NCBI GenBank assembly: GCA_044224875.1 | Contig: JBGAJQ010000006.1 | Span: forward strand, 64,001 to 128,000 | Direction of reading: 5' to 3' | Length of the DNA stretch: 64,000 bases | Source of the DNA: Gemmatimonadaceae bacterium | GTDB taxonomy: Bacteria > Gemmatimonadota > Gemmatimonadetes > Gemmatimonadales > Gemmatimonadaceae | Shown here: positions 9,749 through 18,870 of the stretch, one piece after another | How the letters are laid out: each line of letters opens with the position of its first letter | Position numbering within the stretch: the first letter of the stretch is position 1 | Position numbers and translations under genes: made by a program | The notes under the pieces: model-generated | Seen by the model: only the letters and a program-made list of their open reading frames with translations | Databases searched by the model: none | Told to the model about the DNA's origin: nothing

Positions 9749-11577
9749 TGGGGACGTCCGCCCCAAGGACGGCGACCGAGGAGGGGGACCGGCTCCGACC
9801 CGTCGACCCGATCATGCTGGCGGCCCTCGTCGGGCTGATGGCCGGCACCGTTCATGTGTGCGTGGTCCTTGCCCGCCGCCACTGGCTGCATCAGTTCACG
9901 TGGACCAGCCGCGACATCGTCTGGATGTCGCCGCTCGGCAACGTCCTGATCTTGCTGGTTCCCGCGGTGTTGCTGGCCCTCGCGGCGATGGTGCGGTGGA
10001 GGTTTGCCACCTGGCGGCTGGCCACGTTCATGCTGACCTGGGTCGCGCTCACCGGCGTGGGGCTCCTGGTGCGGGGGCTGCATTGGGGTGCCGTCCTCGT
10101 GCTGGCATTCGGCGTGGCGTTTCAACTCGGTGTGCTCGCCAAGGCGCGGGGCGTTCGATGGCGGGGATACATGCTACGGGCGACCTCGCTCCTCGCGCTC
10201 ATTGTTGCGGTCAGTGGAATTCTCGCTCATGGCTCCGCTGCATCGCCGACCGTTGAGAGCCAGACGACGCCTTCGCGTCCGAATGTCCTTCTCGTTGTGC
10301 TCGACGCAGTGCGCGTGAAGTCACTCGGCGCGTATGGGTCCCCTCGCCCCGTCACGCCCGGTTTGGACGCCTTGGCTCGAGATGGTGTCGTGTTCGAACG
10401 GGCGTTCGCCAGTGCGCCATGGACGCTGCCGTCCCACGCCGGGATGTTCACTGGCGTTCCAGCGTCGGAGCTGACGGCCAGTTGGCGGCACCCGTTCGAT
10501 GGCTCCTTTCCCACCGTGGCCGAGGCGTTTCGCGAGGCCGGTTATGCAACCGGGGCGTTCGTGGGAAACACGTTTTACACCCATCACGAGTCGGGACTCG
10601 CGCGCGGGTTCACCGTGCTCAAGGACTTCGACGTCTCCCTGTCGCAGGTGGTCCGCAGTACGACCCTGGCGCAGACGCCAACGGCGCTTGGCATCCTGAA
10701 TGCCAAGGTGCTCTTCGATGTGCGCAAGGCGATTCGCTACTTTGATCTGACGGAGCGCGCCGAGCCCGAGAACGATCGACGCTTGGCGTCGGAAATCCTG
10801 CACGAGTTCAGCCAGTGGCAGCAGTCGCAGGGATCGCGGCCGTTCTTTGCTTTTCTCAACCTGTACGACGCGCACGATCCCTATTCGCCGCCGTCGCCCT
10901 GGGATCGTCGGTTCGGGACGAACGGCGAGGCGCGGTATGAAGGGGGCATTGGATACATGGATGCGGTGCTAGACTCCGCACTGCAGCACTTGGCGAAGCG
11001 TGGTGTCCTGGACCGCACGATCGTGGTGGTGACGTCAGACCACGGGGAGCAGTTCGGTGAGCACAAGCTGCACAACCACGGTAACAGCCTATACCTCCCG
11101 CTCACACACGTTCCGTTGATCATGCGCTACCCCGCGACGTTGTCCACCGGGCAACGCGTTCGACGTGTCGTGAGTCTCCGTGACCTTGGCGCGACGTTGT
11201 TGCAGATGTCGGGCATTGCCGGCGGTCCGGCGGTCCGAGGCACCTCACTCATCTCGCCGCCCGACTCGTCCGGGGGCGAAGCGCTCACCGAAACGCAGAA
11301 GACGGATGGGGGCGGCCGGGATCATCCGGCGGCACATGGGGACATGGCGGCCCTGGTTGATGATTCGTTGCACCTGATCCTGAACGGGGATGGTCGCGCC
11401 GAGCTGTACGCCTATGTTCGTGATCCGGCCGAAGCGCGCGATTTGGCGCGGGACTCGACGTACTGCGGGGCCTTACGCGATCGGCTGGCGCGTCTGCGCA
11501 CCCAGTCGGCGTTCGCCCGCCGCGCACCGGCCACCCCACCGTGCGAGCCGGAGCCGGCCGAAGGACGTGCGCGATGA
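9748..11577 (+). CDS. Membrane-anchored sulfatase-like transferase/hydrolase, paralog 5
   Basis: TGATG coupling to the upstream gene; PNVLLVVLDAVR, WTLPSHAGMFTG, SDHGE. Confidence 0.85.
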   Translation: MGTSAPRTATEEGDRLRPVDPIMLAALVGLMAGTVHVCVVLARRHWLHQFTWTSRDIVWMSPLGNVLILLVPAVLLALAAMVRWRFATWRLATFMLTWVALTGVGLLVRGLHWGAVLVLAFGVAFQLGVLAKARGVRWRGYMLRATSLLALIVAVSGILAHGSAASPTVESQTTPSRPNVLLVVLDAVRVKSLGAYGSPRPVTPGLDALARDGVVFERAFASAPWTLPSHAGMFTGVPASELTASWRHPFDGSFPTVAEAFREAGYATGAFVGNTFYTHHESGLARGFTVLKDFDVSLSQVVRSTTLAQTPTALGILNAKVLFDVRKAIRYFDLTERAEPENDRRLASEILHEFSQWQQSQGSRPFFAFLNLYDAHDPYSPPSPWDRRFGTNGEARYEGGIGYMDAVLDSALQHLAKRGVLDRTIVVVTSDHGEQFGEHKLHNHGNSLYLPLTHVPLIMRYPATLSTGQRVRRVVSLRDLGATLLQMSGIAGGPAVRGTSLISPPDSSGGEALTETQKTDGGGRDHPAAHGDMAALVDDSLHLILNGDGRAELYAYVRDPAEARDLARDSTYCGALRDRLARLRTQSAFARRAPATPPCEPEPAEGRAR

Positions 11578-13334
11578 TGGCGCGTGTTCGCTCGGCCGCG
11601 GCCTGCGCGATTTGCGCGGCGCTGGCCGCCGGTGCGTTGCAGGTGGTGATCGCGTCAGTCCGGCGGTTCGCGCTCGACGAGTTCATTTGGGTGAGTCGCG
11701 ATTTCGTGTGGATGGTTCCGGTCGGGTACCTGACGTTGTTTCTGGCGCTGTCCCTTCCTGTGGCGCTGGTCGCTGCCCTCTCGCCCCAAAGGATCTCTGA
11801 CCGCGTGCCAGTCTTCACCTTCGGTACGCTTGGCACGTTAGGCGTGGTCCTGATGTTCCCCGGGCTGCATCCGCTGGCGTCGCTCGTCGTGGCGATCGGC
11901 GTTGGTGCACGGCTCGCCCTGACGGTGAGTCCAACGGCGGTCATACGCCAGCGGCGCCTCAGGTGGTTGGCGGCCGTCGGTCTTGCTGCAGTCGCCATCT
12001 GGCGGGAGACGCAATACCGTCGGACAGAGGCGCGGGCAATCGCCGCATTGGGTCCAGCGCCAGCGGGGGCACCCAATGTTCTGCTGGTCATCCTGGATAC
12101 CGTGCGTGCGGCCAGCATGAGCTTCATGGGGTACGGGCGGGCGACAACCCCCCAGCTCGCGAAGATTGCGGCTGGCGGCGCGGTGTTTGATCAGGCGTAC
12201 TCCGTCGCTCCGTGGACACTCCCATCACACGCCGGAATGTTCACGGCGCGATACCCCTCCTCGCTGTCCGTGGATTGGCGTGTTCCGCTCGAGGAACACC
12301 CGTCGACCCTTGCCGAGGAATTCAGCCGCCGAGGATTCGCTACCGCCGGTTTTGCCGCGAACCACTTCTATACCAGCTGGGAATCGGGCCTAACCCGGGG
12401 ATTCGCGCATTACGAGGACTATCGTCGCACCTGGAAGCAAGCGTTGCTGAGCACCACCTTGCTGCAGACGAACCTTTTTTGGACGATCGTTCACGATCTT
12501 CGTCCCGGCAACATCGCGCGTCAGCTGCTACGCATGGACCTGCGCACGCAGCTCATGTGGACCAGCGACCGCAAGCTCGCCGGCGAGGCTACGACGGAAT
12601 TCCTGGCGTGGGAGCGTACACGCGGCACGCGCCCCTTCTTCGCGTTCATCAACCTCTACGACGCGCATCTCCCGTACGACCCGCCGGCGCCGTGGGGACG
12701 CACCTATGCCCAGCGGCCCACACCGCTCGACCGATACGATGGTGCGATTGCCTACATGGATCACGAACTCGGCCTCATGTTCGATGAGCTGCAACGCCGC
12801 GGCGTCTTGGACCACACCGTGGTGATCGTCACGTCGGACCATGGGGAGGGGTTCGGCGAGCATGGCTTGCACGGCCACGGAAACTCGCTGTATCGACCCG
12901 AACTGCACGTCCCACTGGTGATCAGGTATCCAGGGCACGTGCCGGCCGGCGAACGGGTCACCGCCGCCGTGAGCCTCCGTGACCTGGGCGCCACGATGTT
13001 TGATCTGGCGGGACTGCCGGAATGGACCCCCGGTGGGGGATCCCTGGCCAGTACCTGGTCGACGACGGGCGGCGAGAGCCCTCGCAGTCCAGTACTTTCC
13101 GAGGTGACCGCCGGGGTCAACACGGATCCGTCCTTCCCGGTGACCCGCGGTGCCATGCGTTCACTGATCGACAGCGCGTCTCACTACATTCGGAACGGGG
13201 ACGCGGTCGAGGAGTTGTATGACTACCGCGTGGATTCGGCGGAAGAACGGAATTTGTCGCGCCAGGACACACTGCGAGTGGGCACCTTACGTGCCGCCGC
13301 GGTTCGCGCGGCAGGCCTCACCAAGCAACGTTAG
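11574..13334 (+). CDS. Membrane-anchored sulfatase-like transferase/hydrolase, paralog 6
   Basis: ATGA overlap at 11574; PNVLLVILDTVR, WTLPSHAGMFTA, SDHGE, HGNSLY. Confidence 0.85.
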   Translation: MMARVRSAAACAICAALAAGALQVVIASVRRFALDEFIWVSRDFVWMVPVGYLTLFLALSLPVALVAALSPQRISDRVPVFTFGTLGTLGVVLMFPGLHPLASLVVAIGVGARLALTVSPTAVIRQRRLRWLAAVGLAAVAIWRETQYRRTEARAIAALGPAPAGAPNVLLVILDTVRAASMSFMGYGRATTPQLAKIAAGGAVFDQAYSVAPWTLPSHAGMFTARYPSSLSVDWRVPLEEHPSTLAEEFSRRGFATAGFAANHFYTSWESGLTRGFAHYEDYRRTWKQALLSTTLLQTNLFWTIVHDLRPGNIARQLLRMDLRTQLMWTSDRKLAGEATTEFLAWERTRGTRPFFAFINLYDAHLPYDPPAPWGRTYAQRPTPLDRYDGAIAYMDHELGLMFDELQRRGVLDHTVVIVTSDHGEGFGEHGLHGHGNSLYRPELHVPLVIRYPGHVPAGERVTAAVSLRDLGATMFDLAGLPEWTPGGGSLASTWSTTGGESPRSPVLSEVTAGVNTDPSFPVTRGAMRSLIDSASHYIRNGDAVEELYDYRVDSAEERNLSRQDTLRVGTLRAAAVRAAGLTKQR

Positions 13335-13336
13335 GC

Positions 13337-15244
13337 TTACGGCGTTGGCGCGTCGGTACGTCCTCGCTGCGCGGACTGCCGACAGGTTGACTCGCGGCTG
13401 GACGGCGCAACTGCAGGCAAGGTGCCACGGGTACACCGCCAGAAGTCGAGGAAGGGGATCCATGGATTGGGGAACCATTCGGGTTCCCATGCGCCCTCCA
13501 ACCGGAAGCCGTCGCCGACGCGTCCCGGGGTACGGAGCGCCAAACGCGCGGTGGGGTGTGGCGTACACAGGAGGGGCCCGTTCCAGCAGCTGTTGTCAAC
13601 ACGGGGGACCGCCAGTTGCAACCCCGTTGGCAGGGAGTCCGATAAGAGGTCGGGCTCCGGTGTGGGCCAGAACCAACCCGATGGCGACGGCACGGCGGCC
13701 AGGGTATTCGCTACCGTGGACAGGCGCTCGGCTGGACTGGCGCGCACGATGGTGCCAATCGTCATGCGCGCCGCAAGCACGAAGGTCAACAGGGCGGTCG
13801 ACAACCACAACCGGCGCCGTTGACGAGTGGTGAGCATCGCCGTGCTCCCAACCGCGATTGCCGACAGAGCGCTCGCCAATACCCAGAAGGGACCTTGGGC
13901 CATGCGCGTGTGCGGCGCGGAGAACCACCACACCACGAGCGATGCGCCAACCGGAACCGACACCAAGAGCCCCCGCCACCATGGCGACCGGGCCTGGCGA
14001 CGCGTAAAGAACAGCCACAAACCGGCGAGTAAAGTCACCAGCACCGGGGCCAGGAAATGATGAAACAGGTCGCCGCGGGTGAGGACCTGACCCAACCACC
14101 GCGACTGCCACTCGTGCGAGAGCACAAGAGTGTTGGTGTTCAGGTTCCTTGCGCTCATGGTGATCCACCCGGATTCGGCCGCGGCCTGTTCAGCGTTCAC
14201 GCGCCAGTCGACCGGAAGCGCGATCAGCCGCGACGGATAGAGCGGATAGCCAGAGAGGACGGCGCCGTGCGCCATCCACACGACCCCCGTCAGTAGGGGC
14301 AGGGCCAGAAGACGTGGCAGGTCGGCCGCCCGCCAGGTGCGATCCCCGATCAGCATCACCACGGCCGCTGTAGCGGCGAATGGCGCGGCCGAAAGCTTGA
14401 CCGCGACAACGGCTCCCAGCAAGGCAAAAATCCGGACTCGTCTCGCGCGGTGTCGGACGCTATACCTCTCCCCACCCTCGGCGAACAGCTCGAACATCAT
14501 GCCGCCTGCCATGGCCAGCAGCACAAATGTCGGCAAGTCCGTCGAAAGAGAGCGAACGTCCTGACGCAACGCGGTCACCAGTAACGCGGGCATCATCGTC
14601 AGCTCGAAAGCGTCGCGCGCCGTCAATGGCCGGGGGCTGCGTATCGTCGATATGCGCCAAGCCGCTGGCACCGCGAAGAGCGCCACGAGAAAGCCGTTCG
14701 TCACGTGCTGCGACGCGTCCGTCCACGGCCCCCGGTCGAGCAAGGCGGCAAAGAGTAACGAGGCCGGATTGAACGCCAGGCGTCCGTGCAAGTTGCCAAG
14801 TCCTGGCACGACGCTGTGCGCCTTCGCCCACGATACGAACGGGACGTGATACATGCCGCTGTCGTACAGCGTCATCTCTCCCATCCCTCTCATCGCGATC
14901 CACGTCGCGACGACCAACGCGATCGTTACAGCGCCTGCCGAGCGAGCCTGTCCCATCAGCGCGTCGCGGAGCAGCCGCCAGTGGACGAGGCTGAGCATTA
15001 AGCCGCCGCCAAGTACCGCCACCGCGACCAGGCTGTTGACCGGGAGGAACAGATGCCACGTCAGCAGTAGGAGGAGAACCACCGCGAATCCCAACCACGG
15101 TGCATCACGCAGGTCGCCGGTGGACTGTGGCCCTCCGAGGAGTATGCGCTGCGTACCTAGCCCCAGTCCGCACAGGGCGGATCCAAGCAGGGCCCATGTG
15201 ACGAGGACCTGCAGGAGTGCGGCTATCAGCCGAATGCCGATCAC
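13337..15244 (-). CDS. Polytopic membrane protein, LIC_10190-like / putative GT-C glycosyltransferase
   Basis: LYDSGMYH...VVPGLGNLHGRLAFN, LSGYPLYP, NSCW...CTPHP, PNPW shared with 1861-3876. Confidence 0.7.
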   Translation of the reverse strand: MIGIRLIAALLQVLVTWALLGSALCGLGLGTQRILLGGPQSTGDLRDAPWLGFAVVLLLLLTWHLFLPVNSLVAVAVLGGGLMLSLVHWRLLRDALMGQARSAGAVTIALVVATWIAMRGMGEMTLYDSGMYHVPFVSWAKAHSVVPGLGNLHGRLAFNPASLLFAALLDRGPWTDASQHVTNGFLVALFAVPAAWRISTIRSPRPLTARDAFELTMMPALLVTALRQDVRSLSTDLPTFVLLAMAGGMMFELFAEGGERYSVRHRARRVRIFALLGAVVAVKLSAAPFAATAAVVMLIGDRTWRAADLPRLLALPLLTGVVWMAHGAVLSGYPLYPSRLIALPVDWRVNAEQAAAESGWITMSARNLNTNTLVLSHEWQSRWLGQVLTRGDLFHHFLAPVLVTLLAGLWLFFTRRQARSPWWRGLLVSVPVGASLVVWWFSAPHTRMAQGPFWVLASALSAIAVGSTAMLTTRQRRRLWLSTALLTFVLAARMTIGTIVRASPAERLSTVANTLAAVPSPSGWFWPTPEPDLLSDSLPTGLQLAVPRVDNSCWNGPLLCTPHPTARLALRTPGRVGDGFRLEGAWEPEWFPNPWIPFLDFWRCTRGTLPAVAPSSRESTCRQSAQRGRTDAPTP

Positions 15245-15475
15245 CGGGATGCCACGCTCACGAGGGCTCGACCCGACGACGCTGGTGAGCCGCTAGGTGT
15301 AGCGATTGGGCTCGTGGGGGCCGCCGTGACCACTGGATTCGGGCCTTTCGTTCGGCGCGGGGCGCGACGTCGAGTCATGTTACCGAGGTGGGCAATGGCC
15401 AGTCAGCGCCGAAACGGAAGCCTGTAGCTTTACTGCAGTTACGCGCTTAGGCAAGTTTGAATCCCAAGGACGGAA

Positions 15476-15491
15476 TGGCCCATCTCCTGCA
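15476..15491 (+). promoter_or_regulatory. Putative sigma-54 (-24/-12) promoter for the 15.5-29.7 kb operon
   Basis: TGGCCCATCTCCTGCA = GG-N10-GC, 30 bp upstream of ATG 15522; a sigma-54 activator is encoded in the locus. Confidence 0.45.
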
Positions 15492-15521
15492 GAATTGGTC
15501 CGGCTGCCCTTGAACCGCTGA

Positions 15522-17213
15522 ATGACCTCGTCTCCATCTGATTCCCACCGAGAAACCGCCTCAGGGACCCCTTGGCGAACGCCCGGGGCGTCCGGGGCAC
15601 CCGTCGGATGGTCTCAGCTCTGGCGACAGGTCCCCCGGTGGGTGTGGTTGACTGCCATGGTGGCCAGCCTGATGCACATGATGCCCTACTGGCATGCCCA
15701 GGCGACGACGAAGCAGGGTTGGGAGTTCTCGGGCAACCTGACCGTCTCGCCGGACTACATGCAGTACCGGGTGTGGGAGCGCCAAAGCGCGCGCGAAGGG
15801 CCGGTCATCACGAACCGCTTCACGACGGAGCCGAATTCCCGCCACCTGCCGGTTTTCTTCTATTGGGCAATCGGTGAGACCGCGCAGGCCACTGGGGTTA
15901 AGCCAGAGGCCGTCTACGCGTATAGTGGCGCGCTCTTCGCGTTCGTGCTGGTTGTACTGCTGTTCGGCGTGCTGCGCGTGTTCCTCCCCGACCCGGCGCA
16001 CCAGCGTTGGCCGTTCCTGGCGCTGGTGTTTGGCGGTGGATTGGGTGGGCACCTCAAGATGTTGCAGCTGACGCCCGGGATTGGCACCAGTGCCCTCGTG
16101 CAACGGCTGGTCACCCAGCCGCTCGACGACTGGCCGGTCTTCGAGGAATATCGGTCGCACTATGTCGTGCGTACGCTGTTCGACTCGCACTTCCTGCTTC
16201 TTTGGATTGCCTGCATCGCGGCGGTGTTCGCCTTGTACTTGGCGGTTCGCGAGTGGACACCAGCGCGTGGTGCCGCGGTGTGCGCCTGGTTTGCGGCGGT
16301 GACCATGCTGCACGTCTACGAGGGGTTGACCCTGGTGGCGATCGGGATAGGTGTCGCCGCGACGCTCTGGGACCGCGACGTCGAGGGGCGGAATGCACGA
16401 CGCGCGGCAGTTACCACGACCGTATGTGTCGGCCTCTGCTACCTCGCGTTAGGCCTGCTGTATCGTCGATCGGGGTTGCCGCTGCCGGAGTGGCGTGCGG
16501 TGAATATCCTGGCGTCGACCTTGCTCATCGCGTACCCGGTGTGCTGGGGTCTCCTGGCGTTCGGCGGGGCTCGATACTTTCGGCAGGGCGGAGTGCCGGC
16601 CCGCTTCATTATCGGTTGGGCCGCGGCGTGCACCGTGGTCACGTTATCTGGGCCCTTCTATCCATACCCGGATCGCGGGACGATCACCATGCAGGTACCG
16701 CTGATGATCGCGGCGGGCGCCATCTACTTCACGCACTGGCCGCGACTGACGCGAATGGGAGCGCTGGTGGCGCTGGCGTTTTTCGCGCCGACGACCGTGT
16801 GGCAGCTGTCGAGGTCGTGGCACTTCAGCGGCTTCCGCACCGATGCTCCGTTCATGCACCTCAGTCCGGCGCACCGGCAGTCATTGGCGGCGCTTGGTCG
16901 GGAGGCCGACACCAGCGACGTGCTGCTCGCCGAGCCACGTGATCTCTTGTGGCTGGCGCCGACGTTCCCCGGCCGGTTGTACGTGGGGCACTTCTTCCTC
17001 ACCGTCGACTACAAGGCGAAGAACGAGGCGCTGACGCGCGCCTTGCAGGCACCCGACTCGATGACGGCATTGCTCGGTCGGTCGGGGACATCACTGCTGT
17101 TCGTCCATGGTGACCGGGAGCCCTCGCGCTGGGCGTCGCAGCAGGGGTTGCGCGCGATCGACACGAGTGAGGTCGGGACGTTGTACCGAGTGGAGGCCCA
17201 TGTCCGGCCTTGA
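15522..17213 (+). CDS. Polytopic membrane protein, putative GT-C glycosyltransferase
   Basis: Acidic first external loop (SPDYMQY), about 11 TM helices, soluble C-terminal domain. Confidence 0.6.
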   Translation: MTSSPSDSHRETASGTPWRTPGASGAPVGWSQLWRQVPRWVWLTAMVASLMHMMPYWHAQATTKQGWEFSGNLTVSPDYMQYRVWERQSAREGPVITNRFTTEPNSRHLPVFFYWAIGETAQATGVKPEAVYAYSGALFAFVLVVLLFGVLRVFLPDPAHQRWPFLALVFGGGLGGHLKMLQLTPGIGTSALVQRLVTQPLDDWPVFEEYRSHYVVRTLFDSHFLLLWIACIAAVFALYLAVREWTPARGAAVCAWFAAVTMLHVYEGLTLVAIGIGVAATLWDRDVEGRNARRAAVTTTVCVGLCYLALGLLYRRSGLPLPEWRAVNILASTLLIAYPVCWGLLAFGGARYFRQGGVPARFIIGWAAACTVVTLSGPFYPYPDRGTITMQVPLMIAAGAIYFTHWPRLTRMGALVALAFFAPTTVWQLSRSWHFSGFRTDAPFMHLSPAHRQSLAALGREADTSDVLLAEPRDLLWLAPTFPGRLYVGHFFLTVDYKAKNEALTRALQAPDSMTALLGRSGTSLLFVHGDREPSRWASQQGLRAIDTSEVGTLYRVEAHVRP

Positions 17214-18870
17214 TCAGTCGACGCGCCGGACCGCCACGCCTCGCGAGTTGTGGCTGGTGACGGCGCTGACCGCGGTGGCCTTTGGGATGCGCGTCTGGCA
17301 GCTACAGCACGCCGGTCTCTCGCAGTTTGATGAGGGTGTGTACGTCTTCAGCGGCCTCGGGCTGGTGGATCCGTCCCAGCCGCACCGCTTGTTCCCGGAT
17401 CAGCAGAAATTCTCACCGCCGGTCTACTTCTCCCTCGTCGCGCTATCGTACCTGCTGGGTGGCATATCGGACCGATCGGCGATCTTCGTGAATGTGGTGC
17501 TGGGCACACTGACCGTCCCTGCGCTCTGGTGCGTTGCTCGACAGTGGGTCGGTGGTCCGGCGGCCGTGGCCGCGGCCGCGATGTTAGCGGTGGCGGGAAA
17601 TCACGTCGAACTCTCGCGCGTGGCGCTCACCGACGTCACCTTCGCACTGGTCTTCCTCTTGGCCCTTGGCGCCGTGCGCTGGGCGCTCGACGCGACGCGA
17701 ACCGCCAGCTCAATCGCGGCCGGCCTCGTCGTGGGCTTGGCATGGAACACGAAGTACCACGGATGGTTCGCCTTGGTGCTCGGGGCGATGGTCATCGCCG
17801 CACGCTGGCGTGTCGAGGGTGAGCCCTTGGCCGCACTGCGACAGCGCATCAAGAGCTGGCTGATCATGTCCGCGGTCGCGTTGCTCTGCTATCTCCCGTG
17901 GACGCTGTTCATTCAAGGACAGTCAGGCGCAACGGCAGGATGGGCCGCCTACTTTGCGACCATGCTGCGGATCAACTGGATCGGCAACCTGGTCATCCAT
18001 GCCCAGCGTCTGTGGATGCTGGAGAGCCCGTGGTCACGCGCTTCGGTCGGCGCGGCGTTGCTGCTCGTCGCGCTCGTGCGCACGGCACGCCCTCGTCTCT
18101 CGAGGCGCGCGCTGTTCCTCGCTGTCCTTGGTGCAATCCTCGGCGCCGCCGGGACTGCGGTGGGGTTGTCGATCTGGGTAGCGTGGCGTGAGTGGCGGTC
18201 CCGACCAAGTACCGGCGTGTGGCTGGCGATAGCCGTCGTGGTCCTTTGGATCGTGATGGCGCCCTTGTATCAGCCATACTTTCGTCTGCTACTCCCGTTC
18301 TCCATTGCGACGTTCATCCTGACGGGGCGGGCCATGGAATGGCTGGCTGTGGAGGATGCGGGCACCCATGCCGCGCCTCGATGGGCGGTGCCGGCGGTGC
18401 TGGCTGGCAGCTTGGCCATCGCGATGGCGATGCCGAGTCGGTCTTCTGCATGGCGTTCGGCGCGAGGTCTGGCTGAGGCGGCGGAAACCATTGACACGTT
18501 GGTCCCCCGCGGCGCGCCGGTGGCCGTGATCGGCGAGCCACCGCTCGCGTTCTATCTCCATCAGCGCGGCCATCCGTCGTTCGACCGGACGGTGCTACCC
18601 GATCTGGATCGCGCCACGACGCCGATGTATGTGGTAACGGGTCATTATGCACGCCGCGCCCCGAGCTTGCGCGATGGACTGGCTGAGCGCCGAGTCGCCA
18701 TTGAGCCGATTGGCCGCATTCCCGTCGATCCCACCGACCTTCGGCTATTCGATGACTACAGCCCCGGCGGCGCCGTAGCCTATCGCCAGCACCCGGACAC
18801 CATGTACGACCTCGTGCTGTTCCGCTTCGATCCTTCAAAACGCCATCCGGCCAAGGCTCCCCTCCCGTGA
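17200..18870 (+). CDS. ArnT/PMT-like (GT83/GT39) membrane glycosyltransferase
   Basis: GGAGG RBS before ATG 17200; QFDEGVY, SPPVY, SRVALTD, NTKYHG motifs; many TM segments. Confidence 0.75.
   Translation: MSGLDQSTRRTATPRELWLVTALTAVAFGMRVWQLQHAGLSQFDEGVYVFSGLGLVDPSQPHRLFPDQQKFSPPVYFSLVALSYLLGGISDRSAIFVNVVLGTLTVPALWCVARQWVGGPAAVAAAAMLAVAGNHVELSRVALTDVTFALVFLLALGAVRWALDATRTASSIAAGLVVGLAWNTKYHGWFALVLGAMVIAARWRVEGEPLAALRQRIKSWLIMSAVALLCYLPWTLFIQGQSGATAGWAAYFATMLRINWIGNLVIHAQRLWMLESPWSRASVGAALLLVALVRTARPRLSRRALFLAVLGAILGAAGTAVGLSIWVAWREWRSRPSTGVWLAIAVVVLWIVMAPLYQPYFRLLLPFSIATFILTGRAMEWLAVEDAGTHAAPRWAVPAVLAGSLAIAMAMPSRSSAWRSARGLAEAAETIDTLVPRGAPVAVIGEPPLAFYLHQRGHPSFDRTVLPDLDRATTPMYVVTGHYARRAPSLRDGLAERRVAIEPIGRIPVDPTDLRLFDDYSPGGAVAYRQHPDTMYDLVLFRFDPSKRHPAKAPLP

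Noticed and set aside
18..13334. Polysaccharide-utilisation locus of degradative sulfatases
   Set aside because: No C/S-x-P-x-R motif, no formylglycine-generating enzyme, no TonB-dependent transporter; the context is biosynthetic
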